This document shows, one piece after another, positions 9,164-18,408 of a stretch of DNA of 64,000 nt. Made by a program: the position numbers and the translations under genes. The stretch lies in assembly GCA_016218585.1 (NCBI GenBank), contig JACRDK010000031.1, forward strand, positions 1,764 to 65,763. Direction: 5' to 3'. The stretch's first letter is position 1. Every line of letters begins with the position of its first letter. The notes below the pieces were generated by a model. It had not been told where the DNA came from. It did not search any database and saw only the letters and a program-made list of their open reading frames with translations. This DNA comes from Candidatus Doudnabacteria bacterium (GTDB lineage: Bacteria; Patescibacteriota; Doudnabacteria; UBA920).

Positions 9164-10462
9164 TTATGATAGTCCAATAAAAAAGTCGGAAATATTGGAA
9201 TTGGTTTTTCCCGTTAAAACCAGGTCCCCGGTCTTCTCAAAAAAAGCATAGCTATTATTATTATTCAAATATTCCTCGGCGTCCAAGCCTAAACCTTGAG
9301 CCCGTTTAATAACGGAAGCATCAACAATCGCCCCGGCGGCCTCGCTGTTGTCTTTGCCATCTGAAGCCAGCGCTAAAAAAACCTGGTCCGGTTTTATATT
9401 AGCTAGCGCCGCCAAAGCCATTTCCTGATTCCTCCCCCCTTCACCTTTGCCAATAATTTTAACCGTGCTTTCCCCGGCTCCTAAAAGGCACTGGCCGGCC
9501 TTTAGCCCGGAAATGATTTCCGGCGCCAACTTTCTGGCTTCGCCCTGGAAGTTCTCTGAAAAAATATTTACTTTAAACCCAAGATCCTCGGCTTTCTCCT
9601 TCATTGCTTTTAAGGCCTGTTTGGCGGAAACAAACAAAATATTATGGACCCGTTCAAAATATTTATCTTCTTTCGGGGTCTCCAATAACTGGCAGGAAGG
9701 CAGTTGGCACATTTCCAAAATATTATATTTTGCCAAAACAGCAGCCGCGTCGCGGTTAAAACTGGAGTCTTTCACGGTAGGGCCGCTAGCCACCATGGAA
9801 ATATCATCTCCGGGAACATCGGAAAAAATTAAAGAAATGCAAGTGGCGGGATAAATAATTTGGGCCAAGTGTCCGCCTTTAACCGAGCTAATGTGCTTGC
9901 GAACCGTATTTAACTCAGTTATAGTGGCGCCTTTAACGGTTAACCCGGAAATTACGGACACTTCGGTCTCGCAACTCATATCATGCGGCTGGCAAAGCAG
10001 GGCGCTGCCGCCTCCGGAAACAACGCAAATTACCAAATCTTCTTTCTCGCAAGTTTCCAGCATAGCTACCAATTCTTTTGTCGCCTCAATATTAACCTTC
10101 GTCGGCAGAGGATGGGTGCCAACCCTGCAGACAATATTGCCTAAAGAGCCTTCAATTAAATCTAACACGTAGCCGCAGGAGATTTTATCTTTAAGAATTT
10201 TTTGGATTGTGGTTACCGCTTCCAAAGCCGCTTTGCCGAAACCAACTAAAACAATTCTTTTATACTCCGCCAGGTTAAATTGCTGCTGAAAAATTTTTAA
10301 CTGCTGTTTTTTTGAATCGTATAAAAAATTTTGCTCGACGGCTTTTTCGGTATTAATCGCGGAAAAACCGCTCTCGGCTATAGTGAGCGCTTGTTTTCTT
10401 AATACGGATGTCGCCAATGAATTAAAATTTTTTATAATCATAAAAATTATTTTACATGCCAA
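9164..10462 (-). CDS. Glycerate kinase (MOFRL family, glycerate 2-kinase-like)
   Basis: MOFRL-type motifs VLVGFGKAALEAV and ICVVSGGGSALLCQP. Length ~430 aa. Confidence 0.75.
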   Translation of the reverse strand: MACKIIFMIIKNFNSLATSVLRKQALTIAESGFSAINTEKAVEQNFLYDSKKQQLKIFQQQFNLAEYKRIVLVGFGKAALEAVTTIQKILKDKISCGYVLDLIEGSLGNIVCRVGTHPLPTKVNIEATKELVAMLETCEKEDLVICVVSGGGSALLCQPHDMSCETEVSVISGLTVKGATITELNTVRKHISSVKGGHLAQIIYPATCISLIFSDVPGDDISMVASGPTVKDSSFNRDAAAVLAKYNILEMCQLPSCQLLETPKEDKYFERVHNILFVSAKQALKAMKEKAEDLGFKVNIFSENFQGEARKLAPEIISGLKAGQCLLGAGESTVKIIGKGEGGRNQEMALAALANIKPDQVFLALASDGKDNSEAAGAIVDASVIKRAQGLGLDAEEYLNNNNSYAFFEKTGDLVLTGKTNSNISDFFIGLS

Positions 10463-11642
10463 CCATCTGCCAAACCCTGGCGGCTACATTTTGCGGCTTG
10501 CCTAAAAGCGGGTCGTGATGCAAATTAATAAATGGGAGGGAATTAACTTCAATAAAACCGCACAACTGTTCTTTAAAAGATTTGGCAACGTCGGGAATAA
10601 TAAAATCAAACCCGACCAGCGGATCTCCTAAAATTTTAGCCGCCCTTACAAACAGCTCTTTATTGTCCGGATGGCAAAGACTATAATCTTCGCTGGAAGA
10701 ACCTCCATAATTCACCCCGATTTTTTCCGACAAAGAAACTGTTTTACCAACCGGCAAAACCGAATTTAACATAAGTTTTTGCCTTGCCAAAAAAATATTT
10801 TCCTGGTCTCCGGTTTGTATGTTTTTAACGCCTGGGTGCGGCAAACTGTTTTTAATATCCGCCAACTCTTTAATTGTATGCTGCCCGTCGCCAACAACCT
10901 GCGGGCTGTCGCCGCGCAAGACGCCTGAAAGCTGGAAGTCTATTACAGTCGCGCGGTAAACCGGACCCTTTAGCTGCTGCTCAATAATTACCCAAAAACA
11001 AAGTTGCTTGGCGACCTTGTAAGCGGCTTTTAACTCTGCCGGCGTGCTTACATAGGTTGTACTGTGCCTGCCGCGGCTGCCCGCGCGCGGCTTAACTATT
11101 GCCGGCAAACTGCCAGAAGCTTCCAGCTTCTTAAATATTTTTTTTGCCTGGGAAAAAGTCCAGGCAGCGCCTCCAGCCGGAACAGGCAAATTATTTTCCG
11201 CCAGCTTTTTTTTAAACAGCCATTTGTCGTCCATTAAATCCAGCCATTTATTTAAATACCCTTCCGGCCGGGGCAGACCGCTGAATATTATAGTCTTGGA
11301 ACTTGCTGATTTTGCCTCATAACAATCAATCGGACGGCCAAACAGCAGCATCTCCCGCATTACTATGGCCCGGTTTTCCGCCTCTTCCCACATAACCTGC
11401 GCGCGGCGAACTTTGCACTTGGCTTTATCCGTTTGCCATGTAACCAATTTTAGCCGCTCCCCGACTCGAATTAGCATTTGTAAAAACTTTTGCCCAACTT
11501 TTTTAACGGCAAAAACCTGAGTCAGAGGATTATATAATATAGACTGACGCAGTGGCGTTAAAAAAATATTTAGTGTTTCGTTGTACCAATAAATTCTATG
11601 AGGCACCGGATTGTTCCCGCAATATATGCAAACCTGTTTCAT
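10452..11642 (-). CDS. ATP-grasp domain protein (cyanophycin-synthetase/RimK-like ligase)
   Basis: ATP-grasp signature …SLPAIVKPRAGSRGRHSTTYVSTPAELKAAY… and C-terminal FIEVNSLPFINLH. Start placed at MKQVC (11642), abutting the upstream small gene; the longer ORF start would overlap it. Confidence 0.65.
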   Translation of the reverse strand: MKQVCIYCGNNPVPHRIYWYNETLNIFLTPLRQSILYNPLTQVFAVKKVGQKFLQMLIRVGERLKLVTWQTDKAKCKVRRAQVMWEEAENRAIVMREMLLFGRPIDCYEAKSASSKTIIFSGLPRPEGYLNKWLDLMDDKWLFKKKLAENNLPVPAGGAAWTFSQAKKIFKKLEASGSLPAIVKPRAGSRGRHSTTYVSTPAELKAAYKVAKQLCFWVIIEQQLKGPVYRATVIDFQLSGVLRGDSPQVVGDGQHTIKELADIKNSLPHPGVKNIQTGDQENIFLARQKLMLNSVLPVGKTVSLSEKIGVNYGGSSSEDYSLCHPDNKELFVRAAKILGDPLVGFDFIIPDVAKSFKEQLCGFIEVNSLPFINLHHDPLLGKPQNVAARVWQMVGM

Positions 11643-11643
11643 A

Positions 11644-12021
11644 TTAACTTTTTTTACGATTAACTTGCCAATATACAAACCCTCCTCCGAGTAACAACAA
11701 TAGCACCAGCGCATACTTCCACCAAGAACTTCCGGCAGCGACAATTTTTACCGGCAGGGCGGATGCTACCAAATGAGAAGATTCGTCTAAATTCTGCGGT
11801 GCCTGATTGTCGTTAACAACATTCCCCTGGGCGTCAAACTGCCCTTCGTGTGATTCGTCTTGAAATTGTATATTCTTGCTGACATTTGGGGAAATGCCTT
11901 CCGGCGCGGGTTGCACCGGCTGAACTTCCGGAACCGTTCCGGTAACTTGTTTGGCGGCCTGAACAAAAGTTAGCGGGCAAACAGCGGTTACTAAAATAAA
12001 AATAAAATACTTAATTTTCAT
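11644..12021 (-). CDS. Small secreted protein with signal peptide and C-terminal TM anchor
   Basis: N-terminal signal peptide (MKIKYFIFILVTAVCPLTFVQAAK). C-terminal hydrophobic YALVLLLLLGGGFVYW + RKKS. Confidence 0.5.
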   Translation of the reverse strand: MKIKYFIFILVTAVCPLTFVQAAKQVTGTVPEVQPVQPAPEGISPNVSKNIQFQDESHEGQFDAQGNVVNDNQAPQNLDESSHLVASALPVKIVAAGSSWWKYALVLLLLLGGGFVYWQVNRKKS

Positions 12022-12030
12022 ACTTGTTCA

Positions 12031-13455
12031 TTAATTACTAGTCCATGAAATTTGCTGATAACCGCTGGAAGAGAGCGGAAAGCTTGGCGGGGGCGAATAC
12101 AGCAAGTTTGGGTCATAAACCGTGCTGGTATTGGTGTAGCCGGAAGTGGTATTGCCGCTGCCGTTTACCCAACTCCAAGTCCAGGTTCCATAACTTGCCA
12201 CCGTGCCATAAATAGAAATTAAATTTTTTATATTGCCGTTCCAATTGTATCTTTGAGCGCTTCCATTTTGAGCAATCAAAGCGGCGTTAATTTCTAAATT
12301 GTTAGGAGACAAATAAGAAACCAAAATATCCTGCTGCGACAGCAAGCCCAAAGAATTTGTGCCGTCTTTAGCATTATAAACAATGTTGTTAGGAATTATA
12401 ATGTCGGGGGCGCTGCTTGAGTTATAAGGCAGCTTGGCGGCAACTACCATAACTCGCCCCTTTACTGTTCCTTCAACCCAAGTTACGTCTTCTATATAAA
12501 CAACCCCGTTGGCGGGAATCGGCTTGTTATAAACAAAAGACCTAGCATTGTAATCCAAGCTGTTGTTATGCGCATTGCCATTTACGTCATAACCGGTCGG
12601 CTGCCCTGTCTTCAATGAAGTAACTTTATAAACATCGAAAGTTCCATCGCTTTTAAAAACCAGCGAGTAGCCTTGTTTTGTGGAAGGAGCCAAATATAAT
12701 CCGGCGGTCTGGGCTTTGCTTTTTAAGCTGGATAAATCCGAGGTCATTGAGGAAAAATCTACATTTGGCACCGGGTATTGCCAAAAATTTTTGGTTTGTT
12801 GCGGCGCATCTCCCCAAATTCCGGGTTTGCTGGCGGGACACGGCGAACCGGACCAGCTTTGGCAAGTATAAGTGCTTTTGGAAGAATAAATTGGCGCGTT
12901 GCCCGTGCCGTCAAAACGCACGCCGCCGTTGGTATGAAATTGGCCGTTAACTGTTTCTGTGTCGCCAATCCAGGCGTCGCTATTGGTTAAAAAAGCGTAT
13001 TGGGCCAAAGATGGAACTCCATAACGAACCGTAACAGTTCTCTTTTGAGCTGTGTTGTTTAATGTATATCCGGTTGATTGGATGGTAACTATTGTTGAGC
13101 CCACGGCTGGAGGCGTAATGGTTAAGCTGTACCGCCCAATAATCTGGTTAGTGTCTTTATCTATATAATCATGAACATACGGCCCGGGGGTCGTGCTCGC
13201 ATTGCCATCCCAAAAATCCGTAGCAAAGTGAGCCAAATGCCATTGATAATAATTTGCCCCTGCTTCTGCCACCTGAAACGCAATTTCCCTGTTAACCGAA
13301 CTTCTAATTACTCTTAACTGAATAGTGGCGTAGCTTAAAAGACCAAGCATTACCAGGCTGAAAATAAAAATCATTACTATATCGTAAATCAAAATACTCC
13401 CCCGCTCTGCTAGCCGGCTTTGAGCTTGAATATTTTTTTTCAAAAACTTTTGCAT
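12031..13455 (-). CDS. PilX-like type IV pilus minor pilin/pseudopilin (474 aa)
   Basis: N-terminal hydrophobic PilX-N-like segment (ERGSILIYDIVMIFIFSLVMLGLLSYATIQ), then a large Ser/Thr/Asn-rich extracellular domain. First gene of a pilin-like operon. Confidence 0.6.
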   Translation of the reverse strand: MQKFLKKNIQAQSRLAERGSILIYDIVMIFIFSLVMLGLLSYATIQLRVIRSSVNREIAFQVAEAGANYYQWHLAHFATDFWDGNASTTPGPYVHDYIDKDTNQIIGRYSLTITPPAVGSTIVTIQSTGYTLNNTAQKRTVTVRYGVPSLAQYAFLTNSDAWIGDTETVNGQFHTNGGVRFDGTGNAPIYSSKSTYTCQSWSGSPCPASKPGIWGDAPQQTKNFWQYPVPNVDFSSMTSDLSSLKSKAQTAGLYLAPSTKQGYSLVFKSDGTFDVYKVTSLKTGQPTGYDVNGNAHNNSLDYNARSFVYNKPIPANGVVYIEDVTWVEGTVKGRVMVVAAKLPYNSSSAPDIIIPNNIVYNAKDGTNSLGLLSQQDILVSYLSPNNLEINAALIAQNGSAQRYNWNGNIKNLISIYGTVASYGTWTWSWVNGSGNTTSGYTNTSTVYDPNLLYSPPPSFPLSSSGYQQISWTSN

Positions 13456-14081
13456 TATTGTCCCAAATTAGTTTTTAAATTTCTAATTGTTGCGCTGGCA
13501 TTTACCGTGTAAATATTTGTATTTTTTACCCCGGCTTTGTTATAAATTTGAATCGCAACTTTAATAAATTTAACCTGGGTAACATTTACCGGCTGGCTAA
13601 GCGGGCTTTGGCTGCTTGAGCCGGTATAAGAACCGTCATAATAATAAAACACCGGATTCGCCCCATTTGCCAAATTGCTTTGGACCAAGATTGTTTTTTC
13701 TGTGGTGGTATTATAAGTTGTGCCATTGTATTCCGTCACGCCTTTATAAAGAGAGCCGTTTTGCGCAAAATATCTAATTCTTTCCACGCCGCTATCCATA
13801 TCTGAATTTCCATAAAATATAATTTGTTGATTTCCTGCGGTATCAAGAACATATGAACCATTATTTCCTGTTTGCCCGCTGCGCAACTCAGTAGTAATTT
13901 GAAAAGCAAGCCTTCTAGCCTGATCAATATCGCTTAGCAGCCCGGACTGAGTTTTTGATGCAAAAAATACATTAGAAACTAAGGAAATTAAACCCCAAAT
14001 AATCAAGGTAAACCCAAAAATTGCAATTAGCAACTCAATAAGAGTAAATCCCTGTTGATTGTCTTTGCGCAAATACTGCAT
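13455..14081 (-). CDS. Type IV pilin-like protein (prepilin N-terminal methylation motif)
   Basis: Canonical class III signal QQGFTLIELLIAIFGFTLIIWGLISL (G|FTLIELL). Confidence 0.8.
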   Translation of the reverse strand: MQYLRKDNQQGFTLIELLIAIFGFTLIIWGLISLVSNVFFASKTQSGLLSDIDQARRLAFQITTELRSGQTGNNGSYVLDTAGNQQIIFYGNSDMDSGVERIRYFAQNGSLYKGVTEYNGTTYNTTTEKTILVQSNLANGANPVFYYYDGSYTGSSSQSPLSQPVNVTQVKFIKVAIQIYNKAGVKNTNIYTVNASATIRNLKTNLGQ

Positions 14082-14087
14082 AACAAT

Positions 14088-15908
14088 TTATGGGCTCATT
14101 AAAACTTCCAGGCTTTGGTTGCCTGTTATGGTTAAAGGGTCTATGGTCTGCGATTGATAGCCGGGCAAATCTATAGTGAGGCTGTAATTGTTTCCGGCGG
14201 TTAAATCCGGGAACATAACCTGGCCGGGGGTAAAGCATCCGGTTACAAAATTCAAATTAACCGAAGTAAGTACCGGGGTTTTTTTGTCATCAGTGGAACT
14301 TAAATAAGCTTTATATCGTACATAGCGATTGCCGTCCAAGGCCGAACCAATATCTACGCCCGGAGTTGTAAAATATGTGGCGCTAGTGCCGTCCGGACCA
14401 ATATAATTCCATGTAGCGTTGTCGTTATTGGCCGCCACTTGAAAAGATAAGGTTGTTGAAGCGGACTGAGAAGTTGGCTGCCAACTTAAAATTGTATAAT
14501 TTGTTGCATTTGTTCCGGTATCAAAGGTCGAAGATTCCAGCCAGCCCGACGCAACATAACGCCCGCTAATTTTTAGCAGTCTCAGGCCTGTGGGAGCGCT
14601 ATTGGCATCTATATTGCCGTCATCCTGAAAATATCTGTCTGGCGTGGTGGTGCTCCAATTCACAGCGCCTGAACCGCCGCTATAATCCTGCTGAACCCAA
14701 ACGCTGCCTCCGGTGGTGCCGTAATAATCTTGCGGTACGCTGCCGCCTTTATGCAAATGCACAGTTGCGCCTTCTAAGGCTGTTCCCGTAGATGCATCTT
14801 TAACAATTACCAACAAACTGTAAGCGGTCGTGTTGGTTCCTAAAATCATTGTGTAGGTTTGAGTTGTTCCGGGAAGCACGTCAATTTTCTGAATTGGAGA
14901 AGTTCCGTAAATAATATAAGACTGTCCGGTTAACAATGTCGGAGTATAAGTATCCCACTCAATATTATTCAAAGCAATTAAACCGGCAACGGAAGAATAG
15001 CTGTTGTTAAATTTATAAACCACCGGCGGGCCGGTTCCAATTATTTTAGCTCCCCTAACATTTACATTTACCCCGCTAATCGGCTGGCAAAGGGAATTTA
15101 AAGTTTTTATATTTAAGTTGGCCAGCAAATCAATGGCAAAGGTAATTTTTGTTACTTGACCATTTACAATTGTGGCATCGGGCTTGGTTGGATTTGGGTT
15201 GCTGCCTGTTAAAGGATAAGTTTGATCAGTGGAGTAACCTGTTTTAGTTACAACAATATGATAATTATTAACAGCCGCGGGCAAACCAACTTCTATCCAC
15301 TGCCCTGTTCCGTCCGATTGCCTGTCTAAAATTAATGTTGGAGTGGTGGTCGGATAGGTAATATGAATATTTGCCCCGCTCACCGGATTACCCTGAGAAT
15401 CTATAACATTAATAAGCAAAGCGCCGGCGTTATTTGTTCCTTCTAGCCCCTTTGGCACCACCGTAGTTAAAAAATTTGTTACCTGCCCCGTACCGGTATT
15501 TAAAATGCCCATTTTAACCTGTTTGTAATCCGCCGGAGCCGGGTCTGTCCCCGCCAAAACCGTGCCATCTGCCGGGTCGTCAATATAAGTAACTTCATAA
15601 TAAATTTTATAGGTTGAGCCGTTTAGCGTCTGCACGTAAGCATTGGCGGCGTCGGGCAAAGTGCCGACCGGATTTCCGCTAATAGTTCCAACTTGGGCAT
15701 ATGGCATATTGCGGACAATCTCCAAGTAATTAATTGCCAAACTGGAAAGAATGGTTTTTTCCCTGGCGGTTTTTGTTGTCCTGGTAATTAAAGCAAAGGT
15801 GCCGAGCATGGCGCTCACCAAAATTGTAAACACTGCCAAACTTACCATAAATTCAATTATGGTAAAAGCCTTTTGCCTAAATAATTTTTCTTTTTTATTT
15901 ATGCTCAT
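14088..15908 (-). CDS. Large (≈607 aa) type IV pilin-like/pseudopilin protein
   Basis: Prepilin-like N-terminus …KLFRQKAFTIIEFMVSLAVFTILVSAMLG. Start placed at MSINKK (15908) to give a short leader. Long Thr/Gly/Asn-rich beta-type extracellular region. Confidence 0.7.
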   Translation of the reverse strand: MSINKKEKLFRQKAFTIIEFMVSLAVFTILVSAMLGTFALITRTTKTAREKTILSSLAINYLEIVRNMPYAQVGTISGNPVGTLPDAANAYVQTLNGSTYKIYYEVTYIDDPADGTVLAGTDPAPADYKQVKMGILNTGTGQVTNFLTTVVPKGLEGTNNAGALLINVIDSQGNPVSGANIHITYPTTTPTLILDRQSDGTGQWIEVGLPAAVNNYHIVVTKTGYSTDQTYPLTGSNPNPTKPDATIVNGQVTKITFAIDLLANLNIKTLNSLCQPISGVNVNVRGAKIIGTGPPVVYKFNNSYSSVAGLIALNNIEWDTYTPTLLTGQSYIIYGTSPIQKIDVLPGTTQTYTMILGTNTTAYSLLVIVKDASTGTALEGATVHLHKGGSVPQDYYGTTGGSVWVQQDYSGGSGAVNWSTTTPDRYFQDDGNIDANSAPTGLRLLKISGRYVASGWLESSTFDTGTNATNYTILSWQPTSQSASTTLSFQVAANNDNATWNYIGPDGTSATYFTTPGVDIGSALDGNRYVRYKAYLSSTDDKKTPVLTSVNLNFVTGCFTPGQVMFPDLTAGNNYSLTIDLPGYQSQTIDPLTITGNQSLEVLMSP

Positions 15909-16014
15909 TTTTAATTTCAAAGCGAAAAAATTCAACTTTATTATACCATTTTTCCCCATAAAACAAAAATTACCGGGATTTTAGGAAAATCACGGTAATT
16001 TAAAATTTGGCAAT

Positions 16015-16581
16015 TTACTTATTTCTTCCATACACACCAACCAGCTCAGCCTGGCCCAGAATGTGCCCGGACATTGCTTTCTCCAAGTCAGCCTGCAAAG
16101 AATAGGTTGGAATAGATAATTTTGTGTCTAAGGCATAAAGTTTAAAAAAATAGCGGTGCATGCCGGATGGCGGGCACGGACCCCCGTAAACAGTTTGCCC
16201 ATTACTGCCTTGGCCCACAATCGCGCCAAACGGAACAGAATTTTCCGCAAGCTCCCTGCTCTCCGGCGAAATATTCCAAACCAGCCAATGCGTCCAGGTT
16301 CCGGCCGGAGCATCCGGGTCATCCATAATTAAGGCCAAAGTTTTTACTCCTTCGGGCAAATCTCTAAAAGTAAGCGGCGGATTAACTCCGTCGCCGTCGC
16401 AGGTATACTTGGCGGGGATGCTTTTGCTGTTTTCAAAAGCCGGGCTGGTAATTTGCATAGGTTTAATTTGGGAGGAAACCGGAGGCTCGACTGGTATGGA
16501 CGGACGACTCTTTAGCCACCAAAATATTCCACCCGCGGCCGCCAGAATAATTATTATCCAAATAACAAATATTTTTTTCAT
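16015..16581 (-). CDS. YbhB/YbcL-family PEBP (Raf kinase inhibitor-like) protein, membrane-anchored
   Basis: PEBP motifs LIMDDPDAPAGTWTHWLVWNI and GPCPPSGMHRYFFKLYAL. N-terminal TM helix. Confidence 0.8.
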   Translation of the reverse strand: MKKIFVIWIIIILAAAGGIFWWLKSRPSIPVEPPVSSQIKPMQITSPAFENSKSIPAKYTCDGDGVNPPLTFRDLPEGVKTLALIMDDPDAPAGTWTHWLVWNISPESRELAENSVPFGAIVGQGSNGQTVYGGPCPPSGMHRYFFKLYALDTKLSIPTYSLQADLEKAMSGHILGQAELVGVYGRNK

Positions 16582-16614
16582 AAAAAATCTATTTAGAAAA
16601 AAACACAATTTAAA

Positions 16615-18405
16615 CTATTTTCTTAATACCCCTCCCCACTCAACCACCACAAAACCTTTCCTTTGGGGAGTGTGAATTTTATATTCATCAACAGTAATTT
16701 TTTTATCTAACGGCGTAAAATCCATCAGCACCCGAATTACTGTGTCAGGTTTAGGCGAAACATCCAAAGGCGCCAGCATATCCATAACCTCATTTCCCAT
16801 AAAACTTATAAAATAATATGGGGAGCCTTGCATTCGGGGAAGCCAAAATTCTTTAAAATCAACCGTCTCTTTCCGGTTTAATCCAAACATTGCGAGTTTG
16901 TCGTCTAAAAATTTGCTAACGTCTGATTGTTTAACAACAAAACCTTTTTTTGGCGACTCATAAATTCCTCCGCGGCCTTCCCAAAATAAATATGGATAAT
17001 TTAACCCGCTTATTTTTTCGGTTAATTTGCCATCTGGCTCGGCAAAGACCTGCCAACCGTTGCCATATTCAGGGTCAGACTTTGACATTCCACCAACCGG
17101 ACTTACTTTAACAAAAACTTCCTGGGGCTTTGTAGGATACAAATAAATTACCGGCTTGCCGCATTCTGCCACAGGCAACAAAGTACTTTTCTGAAATTTA
17201 ACCAGCCTTCCAAAACCGTCTTTCCAAAAAAATACAGGATGCGACTTTACAAATTGCGCATAAGGCATTTTTTCATCTCCATTGGCGGGATAATATGTAT
17301 TATCATAAAAGTCTTTTAAAAATTGATGGTTTGGATTTTTAAATTCAAAAACCGTCTGACCATCTATCGTTACTCCCGCCACTGTTAAATCCGAATCAAA
17401 ATTGAAGGTATCGGCAGTAATAACTGAAACATAGTTATAACTTCCGCATCGGGTATGGTCGGTATAAATATATTCATCGGTATTTTTTACATTATTATTC
17501 CAGGTCAATTGCGGTACATTGTCGGCGCCAGCAAAACCCAAACTAAACTTATAATCAACTTGGGAACCATCGGGTGATTGCACATAAAAACCGTAATTCG
17601 GAATAGTTCCGGGAATAATTTTATCAACAGGGTCAGTATAGACATCTCCTAAAGCTGGGTCAGTAAAAGCCTTAATCTTATTATCGGCGCAAAAAGCCTT
17701 AAAGCTGCGCTGTTGACTGACCAAATCCAGCACCTGACCCTGAGGGCCATTTATTGAATTTGGGTAAACCTTGTCAGATATACTGTAGTTATTATCCACA
17801 CCCACGCCTGGCACGCTTTCTCCCTGAGGAGTGAATTGGCTCACAGATTCTTTTTGCAATATAGCCAGCTTATCGTCTTTTTTTACAAGATAATAAAAAT
17901 TGTCTGTGCAGGGACCTTCGCAGAGCTCATCAACTAAAAATAAATCGGCTCCAGCATAGTTTCCGGCAGCAAAATGGCCTAATTTATAAAAATTAGGTTT
18001 GCCATAAAACGGATTGCCTGAGGTAAATATTTCTCCGCCGGAAATTAATTGCGGTTTTTGCCAAACAATTTCGCCGCTGTTCTTTTTGGCTGAAGTTGTG
18101 GTGGTTGTGCAATTAAATAAATTTGTAAGTGGGGACAATACCTCTCCCCCACCATTAGGGACTGTGTCGGTTGCTTGAGTATAAGCGATTGGCTCTGGAA
18201 ATGGATTATCAGTAACCACCACCCTAGTCATGCCGTTCTGTAAAGAATCTGTTTTAACATTTTGCTTTTTTTGGTACCAAGAAAAACCGGCGACGCAAGA
18301 TGCAATAAATACAACCACCAACGTAATAATTAAAACAACCGACTTTGTTGAAAGTTTTCCCGGCATTTTCGGCTGGGGTATTTCCGGAGGAGTAATTTGA
18401 TCCAT
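16615..18405 (-). CDS. Hypothetical membrane-anchored extracytoplasmic protein (596 aa)
   Basis: N-terminal TM helix (VVLIITLVVVFIASCVAGFSWY). No recognisable catalytic motif. Confidence 0.5.
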   Translation of the reverse strand: MDQITPPEIPQPKMPGKLSTKSVVLIITLVVVFIASCVAGFSWYQKKQNVKTDSLQNGMTRVVVTDNPFPEPIAYTQATDTVPNGGGEVLSPLTNLFNCTTTTTSAKKNSGEIVWQKPQLISGGEIFTSGNPFYGKPNFYKLGHFAAGNYAGADLFLVDELCEGPCTDNFYYLVKKDDKLAILQKESVSQFTPQGESVPGVGVDNNYSISDKVYPNSINGPQGQVLDLVSQQRSFKAFCADNKIKAFTDPALGDVYTDPVDKIIPGTIPNYGFYVQSPDGSQVDYKFSLGFAGADNVPQLTWNNNVKNTDEYIYTDHTRCGSYNYVSVITADTFNFDSDLTVAGVTIDGQTVFEFKNPNHQFLKDFYDNTYYPANGDEKMPYAQFVKSHPVFFWKDGFGRLVKFQKSTLLPVAECGKPVIYLYPTKPQEVFVKVSPVGGMSKSDPEYGNGWQVFAEPDGKLTEKISGLNYPYLFWEGRGGIYESPKKGFVVKQSDVSKFLDDKLAMFGLNRKETVDFKEFWLPRMQGSPYYFISFMGNEVMDMLAPLDVSPKPDTVIRVLMDFTPLDKKITVDEYKIHTPQRKGFVVVEWGGVLRK

Positions 18406-18408
18406 AAA

